Shown: positions 1 to 10,108, numbered from the stretch's first letter. The stretch is 34,591 nucleotides of DNA from Limisphaerales bacterium (GCA_044225505.1 JBGAIN010000085.1:1-34591), one strand, 5' to 3'. Notes: generated from the letters alone by a model not told the origin. Numbers and translations are program-made.

Positions 1-306
1 AGGGCAGCCAGAATAGAACGGCACTGGTGCAGCCGCAAACACCTGATCTTTGGGCACTTTAAAGCCCGCTGAGAGAGAGTCAACGCCAACTCCAATCCAA
101 ATGCCCACAACGCCATCGAAAGCAAGTGCGATGAGCTCTACGAAACCACCGGTTGTTGCGTTGCTAATCCGGAGCATTCCCATGAAGTCCGACCACCGCA
201 GGCGCGGTTCGCGACCTCACGCGGCCATCCTATGGAGGCGGTTAAACCGCTCGCCGAGGTAGCAGTAGAGCTTGCTTCCCGAGCGAGACGGGACTAACAG
301 GAGGTT

Positions 307-822
307 ATGCAAGTCCCACTCGTTATGACCGTTATCGGCAAGGATCGTCCTGGGCTGATCGAGGCCATCGCCAATACGGTTGCGGCTTACGGCGCGAACT
401 GGCTGGAAAGCCGGATGTGCCGGTTGGGAGGTGAATTCGCCGGCATCTTACGAATCCATGTCGACGCCGCCCAACAACCAGGACTTGGGAAACAGTTGCG
501 CGCGCTTGAATCCCAAGGCCTGCATGTCACCGTTCGGGCGACCGAAACTCTCCCTCCCAGCACCGAACGCATCGTGACCTTGGAACTTGTGGGACAAGAC
601 CGCCCTGGTATCGTGCGTGAAATCTCCCACACCCTGGCGAAACAGGGCATTAACGTGGAAGAATTATCCACGTCGTGCAGCAGCGCTCCCATGTCCGGAG
701 AAACACTCTTTCGCGCGGAAGCCAGGCTCCAACTCCCTGGGGAATGTCACGTGCCGGAACTCCGTAAAGAACTAGAGCGGATCGGCGGCAATTTGCTGGT
801 CGACATTAAACTGCACGAATAG
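307..822 (+). CDS. gcvR: Tandem ACT-domain protein, GcvR-like amino-acid-binding regulator
   Basis: Two ACT motifs (VIGKDRPGLI; LVGQDRPGIV), NWLESRMCRLGGEFA, 171 aa. Confidence 0.75.
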   Translation: MQVPLVMTVIGKDRPGLIEAIANTVAAYGANWLESRMCRLGGEFAGILRIHVDAAQQPGLGKQLRALESQGLHVTVRATETLPPSTERIVTLELVGQDRPGIVREISHTLAKQGINVEELSTSCSSAPMSGETLFRAEARLQLPGECHVPELRKELERIGGNLLVDIKLHE

Positions 823-878
823 ACCTCATCGCGTTCCACCTGAGCACGGCGTCACCTCTCCGCTCGCTCTCTTGGCGG

Positions 879-1367
879 TCAGGCCTGAAATCGTTTGACG
901 ACCGCTTCCCACCACCGAAACAAAGAGTCTCGGACAAAATACAGAACCAAGACCAAAACTCCGACCACGAGCAACTGATTGGAGCGGCTCACCTTCCCTA
1001 ACGGAGCTACGGTGCCTAGGCCGTCGCTTTCCGCGGATGTCAACAGCGACACAGAACCTTCCGCAAGCATGTCCGCACGCTGAATATCCACCTCTTTACT
1101 CAAGCCAACAGTGATCGCTTGCCGCCGTTCCTGCTTTTGTCGAAACCGCCGCTCTGCCACCTTCGAACGCAATCGCTCGGACTCTTCACCGAGGTTTTTC
1201 AAGTATTGGCGCTGCACCTCGACCGGACTTCGTAGAATATTGGCTGGAGGGGGATCCACCGCGAAACAAGGTGCGACCGTCGAGAACAGAACCACGAACG
1301 CCGCAACGCTTCGGCAAAAATAATCCAGCGTTCGCTTCTTCCAGATCAGGCTATTGGCCGTTGTCAT
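879..1367 (-). CDS. Hypothetical exported/membrane protein (signal peptide, helical middle, C-terminal TM helix)
   Basis: Hydrophobic N-terminal segment ending APCFA, charged coiled region, LLVVGVLVLVLYF TM; starts 14 bp after the PilX-like stop, same strand. Confidence 0.6.
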   Translation of the reverse strand: MTTANSLIWKKRTLDYFCRSVAAFVVLFSTVAPCFAVDPPPANILRSPVEVQRQYLKNLGEESERLRSKVAERRFRQKQERRQAITVGLSKEVDIQRADMLAEGSVSLLTSAESDGLGTVAPLGKVSRSNQLLVVGVLVLVLYFVRDSLFRWWEAVVKRFQA

Positions 1368-1381
1368 TTTGCGCAGCGACG

Positions 1382-3076
1382 TTAAAACCCCGCGATCGGA
1401 GCAATCTCTTCGATCTGCTGTAACCGAACCAGATTGGCTACCGGTAACCCGAGATCGATGACGCGGTTTGGGTCTGAGGAGTAGCGGCTGTGAATCCTCG
1501 GATCGTAGTTAAACTTGAGCGATTCGTTGAATACTATCGCCTCGTCCCGACAAATAATCGTCCCGTTCCATTTGATTCCTCCGCTCTTGGCCATGCGGCA
1601 TGCCGTGGCGTGATTGCAATAGTAGACCCCGTCCATCCGGTTGTAGTTGCAGGTGGCGATGGAACTATAACTCAAGGGATTGCCCGAACCGTCCGTTGGA
1701 TACTGCAGGATCTTCGAGATCCGGCCCGAGGTCATAAGAATATCGCTATTCAAATTGTAGGCAGCCCGAATAACCCCGTCTCCATCCGCGTCGTAGGAAG
1801 CGTCCGTGACGTACGACGCCCCAACGTAGTGTCCATAAGAAACGTTGTCGTCCGGCGTCCCCCGGATTCCGTCCATCCCAAGTGTCGCTTCGCTTCCAAC
1901 ATTCTGGAGCCCGTACGTTCCCGCATAGTAACACCACGTCTGAAAGTCGCTCGAATTCACGTCCCCGCCATAGATCGAACCGCGGACGGCAAACCCTACC
2001 AGATCCTTCTGACCGCTCACGGCGTTTTGCACCCAGAGATCCGTTTGCGCTGGGGAAAGCGAGGTTGGCGGTGTGCTGAAATCCGGACCGTTACTGTAGG
2101 TCACATCATTGGCGACATAGAGATTGCCGCCGACGTAGAGTGTGCCGACGCCGGTGATAGGGCCACTAATCACCACATCGCCAGGCACCACCACCGGGCC
2201 CTGGACCTTGATCGGATCCGCAGCGGTGCCTTTGATGTAGAGACCAGGTTTGCTTGCATTCCCCTGAACCGCGTCAACCACCAACGTCGTTCCAACGTAA
2301 AGTTTCCCAGCGCGAGCCACCGCGTTGCTTTGGTAATATCCAAAGTCGAGCAAGTTTGGCATGGGTAAGCGAGGCGCTCCCGAATGCACCATGCCGACCG
2401 GATCAGATCCGGCGCTGCCGTTGAACGGAGTCACTCCGCTGAGCGGATCGACGGGAACGTGATCGGACGCAATCTCACCATTCGCAATGACCGATCCATT
2501 GACGGTCGGACTGTAGCGGAAATCAAAATCCCAGTTTGCGCGATTGTCTCCATCGCCCGTAATCGAACTCCCCCACCACCAGCCCCAATTGTTCAGAAAG
2601 TATTCATAGTCGAAAACCAAACTGGGCGGGTTCTTCACCAGAATCGCTTGAATCCTTCGCACTTTCGCCCCCACGAGTGCCGAGGCCGTAACCGTATAGC
2701 GATTGGAGACCCCACTGGAATGATTCGCAATTGTAACCCACGCGTTACTAAAACCAGAGGAAGGTTCACTCTGGAGGCTCTGCAGATAAGGAATTCCTAG
2801 CTGCGATGTCACCCAATCAGAAACGGAATACATCCCCAGGAAGGTGGCGTTCGTGCCCCCCGTGGAAGCGTCCGCAATCTTTTGTGCCGCCCAATTGAGG
2901 CCGTTTTCGGCGTGGTAATACGCTTGGTTGGACTGCCATCGGCCGATCTCAGAACGAATCCGATGAGAACTCAGCGACAACATCGCCCCGGCCGTAATGA
3001 CGAGCACGCCGGAGAAAATCAATGACGTCAGAAGAACGGTGGCAGCGCGCGAGGAGCGCCTGAGGGTGATTTGCAT
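1382..3076 (-). CDS. PilX/GspK-like minor pilin with large C-terminal globular domain
   Basis: Basic leader RRSSRA then hydrophobic helix lacking Glu5; QAYYHAENGLNWA motif typical of PilX N-terminus; YTVTASA..R.IQA strand; follows two prepilins. Confidence 0.75.
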   Translation of the reverse strand: MQITLRRSSRAATVLLTSLIFSGVLVITAGAMLSLSSHRIRSEIGRWQSNQAYYHAENGLNWAAQKIADASTGGTNATFLGMYSVSDWVTSQLGIPYLQSLQSEPSSGFSNAWVTIANHSSGVSNRYTVTASALVGAKVRRIQAILVKNPPSLVFDYEYFLNNWGWWWGSSITGDGDNRANWDFDFRYSPTVNGSVIANGEIASDHVPVDPLSGVTPFNGSAGSDPVGMVHSGAPRLPMPNLLDFGYYQSNAVARAGKLYVGTTLVVDAVQGNASKPGLYIKGTAADPIKVQGPVVVPGDVVISGPITGVGTLYVGGNLYVANDVTYSNGPDFSTPPTSLSPAQTDLWVQNAVSGQKDLVGFAVRGSIYGGDVNSSDFQTWCYYAGTYGLQNVGSEATLGMDGIRGTPDDNVSYGHYVGASYVTDASYDADGDGVIRAAYNLNSDILMTSGRISKILQYPTDGSGNPLSYSSIATCNYNRMDGVYYCNHATACRMAKSGGIKWNGTIICRDEAIVFNESLKFNYDPRIHSRYSSDPNRVIDLGLPVANLVRLQQIEEIAPIAGF

Positions 3077-3121
3077 AGGGATGCCAGGTAAGAGTTGGAG
3101 TGAGCGCGACGAGCAACTTTT

Positions 3122-3730
3122 TCAATTGTTTCGCATGCTCGCGGTGAAAACACGCGTCAAGCTGTTGGTTTTGCTTCGGTTCTTCGAACCCATCGCGTCG
3201 TCGTCGAGTTGAAAAACCACTGTGATAGCGCTCGAATCAGGAGCCCCATCGTTCTTTTCCGAAATGAAGAAATACATATTGCGGAGGACCGCCATTGGGC
3301 TCGGCGAAAAGTATATGTCCTGCGTGCCAGGCACAGCCATGTTGGGAAGATGTGTGCAGCGAAAGGTGCCCGCCTCATAAGCAAGCTGCTCCCGAGGAAT
3401 CGGCGACGAACCTCGGGCTACCACCACTTTCCGAAAAAACGGAGATCCCGACGCGATTGGGTCGCCCAACGCGACCGCCTCCCGAGCGCTCATCGAGCGG
3501 ATCAATCGCGTGATTCTATCCTCTAGCAGATTGGCGTTTTGCTGGAGTACGGCATTGACCAAATACTTCCTTTGTTCGCTGGCCATGAGCATGACGAGCA
3601 TCATCAACCCCATGAGCACGACACCGCCGATGGACGCTGCGATCATCACCTCGACTAGGGTCATCCCCGATTGTCGACGTGCCCGGACGGCGCGTCCCGC
3701 CGCTGAGTAAGTGTAATTCGCAATTCTCAT
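3122..3730 (-). CDS. Prepilin-type N-terminal cleavage/methylation protein (PilW/GspJ-like)
   Basis: RRQSG|MTLVEVMIA class III signal with Glu5 and hydrophobic helix. Confidence 0.85.
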   Translation of the reverse strand: MRIANYTYSAAGRAVRARRQSGMTLVEVMIAASIGGVVLMGLMMLVMLMASEQRKYLVNAVLQQNANLLEDRITRLIRSMSAREAVALGDPIASGSPFFRKVVVARGSSPIPREQLAYEAGTFRCTHLPNMAVPGTQDIYFSPSPMAVLRNMYFFISEKNDGAPDSSAITVVFQLDDDAMGSKNRSKTNSLTRVFTASMRNN

Positions 3731-3764
3731 TCTTAAGAAACGCCCGCCCCATCGCGAGACAGAT

Positions 3765-4283
3765 CTACAGGTCCTTGACCCGAATCAGATCAAGACGCCG
3801 CGTCATGACCGGTCCGAAACTCAAGGGCGGATCCCATCGGACTTCGACGATGACATGCCGATCGTGAGCCACGGCACCGACAAAGGACGTTTCGATGGTG
3901 ACGCGCATTTCCGGAGCACGGTTGGTGAGCCAGACCAGGCTTGGGTGGAACGTTTGATAGTTATTTCCAGCGATGCTTACCCAGTTAGTGCTCGCCGGCA
4001 GAGCTACGAGTGGGTTGCCATCGAGGCCGGAGTACAATCCACTCAAAGGCACGTTAGGCCTAACTTGATCGAAGGGAAGCGCTTTGATCAGTTCGACGTA
4101 ATGCTGCATGAACCCCGAAATCACGCCCCGGTCATAGTCCTTGCTATTCATCAACCGCACCCCGTAGACCGTTGCCATGTTGCCAAGAATCATCGTGGCA
4201 ACGATGCCAGACGCGATGACCATCTCCGGCAAAGTAAAGGCCCCGCGCCGGTTGCGCTGATTCGAGAGATGCCAAAGCCGCAT
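3765..4283 (-). CDS. Prepilin-type N-terminal cleavage/methylation protein (PilV/GspI-like)
   Basis: RRGA|FTLPEMVIA class III signal; C-terminal VIVEVRW strand typical of PilV-like proteins. Confidence 0.85.
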   Translation of the reverse strand: MRLWHLSNQRNRRGAFTLPEMVIASGIVATMILGNMATVYGVRLMNSKDYDRGVISGFMQHYVELIKALPFDQVRPNVPLSGLYSGLDGNPLVALPASTNWVSIAGNNYQTFHPSLVWLTNRAPEMRVTIETSFVGAVAHDRHVIVEVRWDPPLSFGPVMTRRLDLIRVKDL

Positions 4284-4333
4284 ATTTCTTGGTAAGATTC
4301 GCGATCTACGAGATCGTCCGGTATCCTAGCTTT

Positions 4334-4349
4334 AGCAGAAAAGCTGCCA
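4334..4349 (-). promoter_or_regulatory. Candidate sigma-54 (-24/-12) promoter for the pilin cassette
   Basis: Minus strand TGGCAGCTTTTCTGCT = GG-N10-GC, close to TGGCAC-N5-TTGCW, 50 bp upstream of the ATG at 4283. Confidence 0.55.
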
Positions 4350-4528
4350 GGAGGTCCGAATCGATTTCAGTGAGAGACATAGGGTTTCCCCTCAACCGGG
4401 AGCGCCCTTAACTTACCTAAGGATGCCGACAGCGATTTTCGTCTCCCAGCTGCCCTCAGAAGGACGCACCGGTCGCAATTCGGGATGATCGAGACTACGC
4501 TCCTTTGTGAATCTTCGCTCGGTAAGCT

Positions 4529-4560
4529 CGGCGGCTGTTCCTTCGGATACGGCTTGCACC
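4529..4560. repeat. Degenerate REP-like element (family A)
   Basis: CGGCGGCTG-TTCCTTCGGA-TACGG matches 25336-25367 CGGCGGCTG-ATCCTGCGGA-TGCGA. Confidence 0.4.
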
Positions 4561-4746
4561 GGGATCGCTGATCTTACCGACCGCTCCTAGACGAACGGCA
4601 TGGCCGGGACTCCAGGCACAGCCTCGGTTTGTTCAGGAAACGGCCGCTCAGCGATTCAACACGAACGCCGCGAGCGCGGCAGCGTGCCAAACTGACTTAG
4701 AGAAATTATGACGCGCAGCCCAACGTGTCCCGAAGACACCGGAAGG

Positions 4747-6645
4747 CTAAATGGAAATGGCGCTATCCACGTCCTGGACATGCAGGAATTCCAACACCTG
4801 AGTCACACACTCCGCCACCGTTAGCTTGTCCGTGGCGAGCACGATTTCAGGATTCTCCGGCGCTTCATAGGGAGCGGAAACCCCTGTGAATTCCTTGATC
4901 TCGTTGCTGCGCGCCTTCGCGTAAAGCCCTTTTGGATCACGAGCCTCGCAGGTTTCAATAGGCGCGTTCACAAAAACCTCAATGAATTGCCCCGCTTTCA
5001 CCATGTTCCGAACGAACGCCCGGTCCGCACGATAGGGAGAAATGAAGGCCGTGACGCAAATCAGTCCGGCATCTGCGAAAAGTTTTGCCACTTCACCGAC
5101 GCGTCGAATGTTCTCCTGCCGGTCCTGCGGAGAGAAAGCCAGATCGGAGCAGAGGCCATGGCGCACGTTGTCCCCGTCGAGGACATACGCGTGCTTTCCA
5201 AGGTTGAACAATTCACGTTCGAGTTCATTGGCAATAGTGCTCTTTCCAGCTCCTGACAACCCAGTGAGCCAGACCACACAACCTGGATGCCCATTGCGAC
5301 GGGTCCTCTGTTCCGCGGTGACCTTCCCATGGCTCCAATAGATATGGTCGCTCTTTTGCAGCCCATCTGAACTCCGCTTAGGATAATTCCCCTCAGCAAC
5401 AATTCCACCGCCGGAAACTTCAAATCCGTCCACGATGACAAAACGGCCGGTCGTCCGGATCTCGGAGTGCACGTCGAAGGCGATCGGCCGTTTGGTTCGA
5501 AGCACCAGTTCTGCCACTTCATGCCGACCGACCAAGATCTCCTTCTCTTTGCGCGAAACCGTTTCCAGCGTCGATGCATCGATGACTTTCTCGATCGTTT
5601 CAATCTCGCAATCCGCCTCTTGCGTCGCCAGTTTGAGTTTATAGATTCGACCTTTGCGAAACGGGACCCGTCCCAGCCAGAACAGCCTGACTTTCAGCCG
5701 AGTTAACTCGTAAGGTGGACTCGTCTCCAACGCAGCCACCGCGCCGCGCTCCACGAAAATCTGTTCGGTCAGCGTGATTCCAATCGATTCGCCAGCGGCA
5801 GCGGAGTCGTGCGAGGGCGCGTTCCACCGCTCAATGCTCTTGACCGTGCTGACCTTGTTCCCCGGAGTGAAGAGAAGCCGGTCGCCGACCTTAACAATCC
5901 CGGACTCGACGCGCCCGGCCAAAATGCGGCGCTCGTCAAACCGATAGACGTCCTGCACTGGAAAACGGAGCGGCTGGTCACTGGGTAACTCCGTGACCCG
6001 AAACGAATCCAAAGCCCGAATCACCGTTGGCCCCCGCCACCAGGGCATGTTCGCACTGAGGCTGGCGATATTGTCGCCGTTCTTCGCGGCAATCGGGATG
6101 AATAATTCCGGCTGCAATCCAATCCCAGCGAGGAACGCCCGGAAATCAGCCTCAATCTGGCGAAAGCGCGCTTCCGAATAGTTTTGCAGGTCCATTTTGT
6201 TGACCAGCACAGCCACTTGCCGAATGCCTAACAAATTGAGCAGATAGCCATGGCGCCGAGACTGCTCCTGAATTCCCTCGTTCGCATCAATCAGCAGCAA
6301 CGCCGCCTCCGCGCTGGCCGCTCCCGTGATCATGTTCTTGAGGAATTCCTTGTGTCCAGGCGCGTCGATGATCACGTACTGCCGGCGTGCCGTCTGGAAC
6401 CAGATCTGGGCCGTGTCGATGGTGATATTTTGATCGCGCTCTGACTGCAAGGCGTCCATCAGGTTGGCCCACTCGAAAGGAACACCCCGCCGCTCCGCAA
6501 TCTTCTGCAGCTGTTCGTACTTCCCTTCGGGCAAAGAGCCGGTGTCGTAGAACAGCCGTCCCACAAAGGTGGATTTCCCGTGATCGACGTGCCCGACAAT
6601 GACGATCTTAAGTTGCTCCGTTGGAGCTTCGGATCTCTGGGTCAT
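4747..6645 (-). CDS. cysNC: Bifunctional sulfate adenylyltransferase subunit 1 / adenylylsulfate kinase
   Basis: GTPase motifs [19 protein letters not shown]-terminal APS kinase [25 protein letters not shown]. Confidence 0.95.
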   Translation of the reverse strand: MTQRSEAPTEQLKIVIVGHVDHGKSTFVGRLFYDTGSLPEGKYEQLQKIAERRGVPFEWANLMDALQSERDQNITIDTAQIWFQTARRQYVIIDAPGHKEFLKNMITGAASAEAALLLIDANEGIQEQSRRHGYLLNLLGIRQVAVLVNKMDLQNYSEARFRQIEADFRAFLAGIGLQPELFIPIAAKNGDNIASLSANMPWWRGPTVIRALDSFRVTELPSDQPLRFPVQDVYRFDERRILAGRVESGIVKVGDRLLFTPGNKVSTVKSIERWNAPSHDSAAAGESIGITLTEQIFVERGAVAALETSPPYELTRLKVRLFWLGRVPFRKGRIYKLKLATQEADCEIETIEKVIDASTLETVSRKEKEILVGRHEVAELVLRTKRPIAFDVHSEIRTTGRFVIVDGFEVSGGGIVAEGNYPKRSSDGLQKSDHIYWSHGKVTAEQRTRRNGHPGCVVWLTGLSGAGKSTIANELERELFNLGKHAYVLDGDNVRHGLCSDLAFSPQDRQENIRRVGEVAKLFADAGLICVTAFISPYRADRAFVRNMVKAGQFIEVFVNAPIETCEARDPKGLYAKARSNEIKEFTGVSAPYEAPENPEIVLATDKLTVAECVTQVLEFLHVQDVDSAISI

Positions 6646-6648
6646 AGA

Positions 6649-7461
6649 CTACATGTAACCATCACGCCGCAGCTTTTCGAACGCGTCTTCGCTCTCTTTA
6701 TCCTGCGCCCGCCCGGACCGTTCCGAGGTCTTGGTATGACGCAGCTCTTCGATAATCTCGCGCACCGTGCAAGCACTGGACCGAATTGGAAACGTGCACG
6801 GAGCACATCCCAAACTGCGGTAGCGCTCGCCCTTGGCATTGGCAAAATAAAGGGGAATAACGGGAATATTCTCGCGCTCGATGTATTCCCAAATATTCAG
6901 CTCCGTCCAGTGGAGCAAAGGGTGAATGCGGATATGAGTGCCCTTGTCAAAATCGGTCTTGAACTGATCCCAGAGCTCCGGCGGTTGATCCTCGACGTTC
7001 CATTCCATGTTCTTGTCGCGAGGGCTGAAATAGCGCTCTTTCGCCCGGGTCGGTTCCTCGTCGCGACGCACTCCGACAATCACGCCGGTAAAGTGATGCT
7101 TGTCCAAAACCTGCTTCAAAGCGTCTTTCTTGAGTGTCCCGCAACATTCCACACGCGTTGCTTTCCCGTTGGGATAGGTCACTCCGCTTTGCAGCACTTC
7201 CTCGTTTTTTCCCACGACCAACTCGAGCTTCCATTCACGCACGACCCGATCGCGATACTCGATCATCGATGGAATTTTGTAGGTCGTGTCCACATGCACC
7301 AATGGAAAGGGCACATGCCCAAAGAACGCTTTCCTCGCCAGCCAGAGCAAAACGGTCGAATCCTTGCCGATGCTCCAAAGCATCGCCAGGTTATCAAAGC
7401 GATTAAACGCCTCCCGCAAAATATAAATGCTCTGGTTTTCCAGTTTCGATAGATAGTCCAT
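6649..7461 (-). CDS. cysD: Sulfate adenylyltransferase subunit 2
   Basis: [20 protein letters not shown]-loop, [20 protein letters not shown]; start moved to ATG 7461 (MDYLSKLE) to remove overlap with cysH. Confidence 0.95.
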   Translation of the reverse strand: MDYLSKLENQSIYILREAFNRFDNLAMLWSIGKDSTVLLWLARKAFFGHVPFPLVHVDTTYKIPSMIEYRDRVVREWKLELVVGKNEEVLQSGVTYPNGKATRVECCGTLKKDALKQVLDKHHFTGVIVGVRRDEEPTRAKERYFSPRDKNMEWNVEDQPPELWDQFKTDFDKGTHIRIHPLLHWTELNIWEYIERENIPVIPLYFANAKGERYRSLGCAPCTFPIRSSACTVREIIEELRHTKTSERSGRAQDKESEDAFEKLRRDGYM

Positions 7462-7493
7462 GCCAATATCGTTCGCCGCCCGTTCCACCGAGA

Positions 7494-8228
7494 CTACGCT
7501 TTCCTCGGCATAAAAGTGTGAATCCCGCACTCGACTTTCTGAAATCCAAGCCATCGCCCGGCCCGCTCATTCTCCCCACTGGCACTGGGTGATGTGCAAG
7601 GTCGGCACCCGATCGATCGATACCCTCGATCATGGAGCGGATTGTACGGGATCTTGTGATCGTGCAGGTACTGCCACACTCCCTCGCGCGTCCAACTCGC
7701 CATCGGATTCACCTTCGCGATGTCTCGTCCACCCGCTGATTCCAACGCATAAACCTCGACGACATCAATTCCCGAACGTTGTTCGGACTGCTGACGCCGC
7801 AATCCTGTGATCCAGCAATCCAGTTCCGCCAGCTTGTTTTGGAGCGGCAACACTTTGCGCACGGTACAACACAAGTCCGGATCCTTCTTCCAAAGGGCAT
7901 CCCCATAGGCCGCGGCTTGTTGCTCAACCGTTAGATCTGGCTCCAGAACCTCTATCTGGATCCCAAAAAACTGTTCCAAACGCCGCTTCAATTCTATGGT
8001 CTCGTCAAACAGAAGCCCTGTGTCCAGCGTGAACACCGGAAACGGCAACTCGGCTGCTTTCGCCAGGTGCATCATGACCAACCCTGCTCCTTGAAAGCTC
8101 GTCCCGATCGCGGCTCGCGCGCCGAATCGGTCCCAGACCCACCGCAGGATCTCCTCGGTGGAAGCGCGTTCGAACCGCGCGTTGCAAGCACGAACCTCCT
8201 CCAGGGTTAACATGGATTGAGTTGCCAT
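7494..8228 (-). CDS. cysH: APS/PAPS reductase, 4Fe-4S (APS reductase) type
   Basis: [36 protein letters not shown]-terminal ECGIH. Confidence 0.93.
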   Translation of the reverse strand: MATQSMLTLEEVRACNARFERASTEEILRWVWDRFGARAAIGTSFQGAGLVMMHLAKAAELPFPVFTLDTGLLFDETIELKRRLEQFFGIQIEVLEPDLTVEQQAAAYGDALWKKDPDLCCTVRKVLPLQNKLAELDCWITGLRRQQSEQRSGIDVVEVYALESAGGRDIAKVNPMASWTREGVWQYLHDHKIPYNPLHDRGYRSIGCRPCTSPSASGENERAGRWLGFQKVECGIHTFMPRKA

Positions 8229-8264
8229 CCCAAATCTAGCGAATGCGGCCGTTGAACAGCCACG

Positions 8265-9950
8265 TCACGAAGCAGCAGCAACCTCAGCAACGGTTGGACG
8301 AATCGCGCGCTCACAGAAATCTCCAAAACGCTCGCCCGTGCCGCGCTCGGCCACATAGCGCACGAGCAACGTACGCAGTTCTGGAACGATATCTTCGTTC
8401 TTGACCGAGTCTTTATATAGCCAGTTCAGGCGGGTGCTCGCCTCGTTGCCACCCAAGTAGAGTTGGTAGCGATTCGGAGCCTTTCCAACAAAGCCGACCT
8501 CGGCCATATACGGCCGCGCGCAGCCATTTGGGCAACCGGTCATGCGCACCACAATCTCGTCGCCACCCAGTCCCAACTCAGACAACAGACCTTCAATCCG
8601 CGTGATGATCTCAGGCAAAACACGCTCCGATTCCGCCAGGGACAACCCGCAAGTCGGCAAGGCCGGGCAGGCCATCGATGCTAATCGAGTCTTCGAATAC
8701 GGGTTTTTGACGGAAACTCCGTGGCTGCTCAGGATCCTCTCAATTCCCGCGCGCGCCTCTTCCGGCACGCCCACCAGCAGCAGGTTCTGCGAAGCGGTCA
8801 GTCGGACCTCAGGCTGATACTGCGCGATGGCTTCTCGCAAACCCGTCTTCAAACGGTATCCTTCCACATCGCGGATTCGGCCGTTCTCAACAAATAATCC
8901 CAGGAAGTATTTGCCGTTCGACTGACGATGCCAGCCGAGCAGGTCGCCCTGCGTCGAAAACTGATACGGCCGAGCGGGCGCCAGTTTGATCCCTGCCCTT
9001 TGCTCGAGCTCCTGCCGAAACCAATCGAGACCCTTCTCCTCCAGGACATACTTCAATCGAGCATGTTTCCGATTGGTCCGATCTCCAAAATCCCGGTGAA
9101 TGCCAATCACCGCTTTAGCCGCTCGTTCCACTTCCTGGGGCGTCACAAACCCCACGACATCCGCCACCCGCGGGAACGTCTGGGTGTTGCCGTGCGACAT
9201 CCCCATGCCACCCCCAGCCAAAAGGTTAAATCCGAGCAACTTGCCACCTTCTTCGATGACAATAAATCCCAAGTCGTTGGTAAAAATATCCACGTCGTTC
9301 AGCGGCGGAATCGCAAAAGCCGTCTTGAACTTGCGAGGCAGATAATTCTTCCCATAGAGCGGATCTTCAAACGTTTCTCCCGCACCCAAATCAAGCGCTC
9401 GGCCCTCCACCCAAATCGTATGATAGGCCCGGGTTTTCGGTGCCAATTCGTCCGATAAACGGCGCGCCTCATCTAAAATATGATCCACGAGTGGGCTCGT
9501 CGCTGGCGTTGGGGGCGCCATCACGTTTCTTTCCACGTCCCCGCAGGCTGCCACGGTCGTGATCAGCGCCTCGTTCAGCCCCTTAATCGTCTGCCGCAAA
9601 TTGGATTTGAGCACACCGTGGAACTGAAAGTCCTGCCGAGTGGTGATGCGCAACGTGTCGTTCCCATATTCCGTTGCCAATCGGTCGCACGCCAAATACT
9701 GCGGCCCTGACAACCGCCCCCCCGGGAACTTCGTCCGAACCATGAAAATATACTGCTTGCCAACCTTCCGCTTGTCTCGGTCGTCCTGCTGATAGACCCC
9801 GTGAAACTTCAAGAATTCGTAATCGTCAGCCGAAAACGCGTCCGCCGTGGTGTCCGCCAGCGTCTGGGCGATCGTCCCTGCAAGCCAAGGATTCCCCTCT
9901 TTCAAGCCCTCGTTCCGGGTCAATTTACCAGCCGCTTCGCTACTAATCAT
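8265..9950 (-). CDS. cysI: Assimilatory sulfite reductase siroheme/4Fe-4S hemoprotein
   Basis: KFHGVYQQDDRD, TTRQDFQFHG, ACGDVERNV, YLPRKFK, CPALPTCGL, MTGCPNGCARP. Confidence 0.95.
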   Translation of the reverse strand: MISSEAAGKLTRNEGLKEGNPWLAGTIAQTLADTTADAFSADDYEFLKFHGVYQQDDRDKRKVGKQYIFMVRTKFPGGRLSGPQYLACDRLATEYGNDTLRITTRQDFQFHGVLKSNLRQTIKGLNEALITTVAACGDVERNVMAPPTPATSPLVDHILDEARRLSDELAPKTRAYHTIWVEGRALDLGAGETFEDPLYGKNYLPRKFKTAFAIPPLNDVDIFTNDLGFIVIEEGGKLLGFNLLAGGGMGMSHGNTQTFPRVADVVGFVTPQEVERAAKAVIGIHRDFGDRTNRKHARLKYVLEEKGLDWFRQELEQRAGIKLAPARPYQFSTQGDLLGWHRQSNGKYFLGLFVENGRIRDVEGYRLKTGLREAIAQYQPEVRLTASQNLLLVGVPEEARAGIERILSSHGVSVKNPYSKTRLASMACPALPTCGLSLAESERVLPEIITRIEGLLSELGLGGDEIVVRMTGCPNGCARPYMAEVGFVGKAPNRYQLYLGGNEASTRLNWLYKDSVKNEDIVPELRTLLVRYVAERGTGERFGDFCERAIRPTVAEVAAAS

Positions 9951-9966
9951 AAGTTAGATACCAATA

Positions 9967-9991
9967 ATAGTTCAGTTACTTAGTCAACTTT
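9967..9991. promoter_or_regulatory. Putative IscR/Rrf2-family operator between divergent cysI and nifS
   Basis: ATAGTTCAGTTACTTAGTCAACTTT, 25-bp imperfect palindrome, 20/25 by my count to IscR type-1 consensus ATASYYGACTRWWWYAGTCRRSTAT; minus-strand TTGACA at 10000-10005 next to it. Confidence 0.6.
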
Positions 9992-10108
9992 ACGCTTCTT
10001 GTCAATCGCTCTTGTCACTTGCGTAATACCGTTTGCCTTTCCCGCTCGGCACTCCCTATAGTTCAGCTTCTCGGCGGCATCGAATGCCGCCGAAATTTCG
10101 ATCGGCCC

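Noticed and set aside
1..262. Short ORFs at the left edge (50-262 + and a minus-strand frame from ATG 183 running off the window)
   Set aside because: No recognisable motifs; cannot tell which frame, if any, is coding.
1490..2800. Long antisense ORFs (e.g. 1490-2368, 2384-2800; likewise 6580-7452, 15480-16286, 18111-18809)
   Set aside because: Shadow frames opposite well-supported genes, expected in GC-rich DNA; Arg/Pro-rich and without motifs.
7462..7554. Longer ORF-track starts for cysD (also nifS, mutL, the PA14 protein, DUF1501)
   Set aside because: Extensions overlap neighbours or precede the family's normal N-terminus; downstream ATGs fit better.
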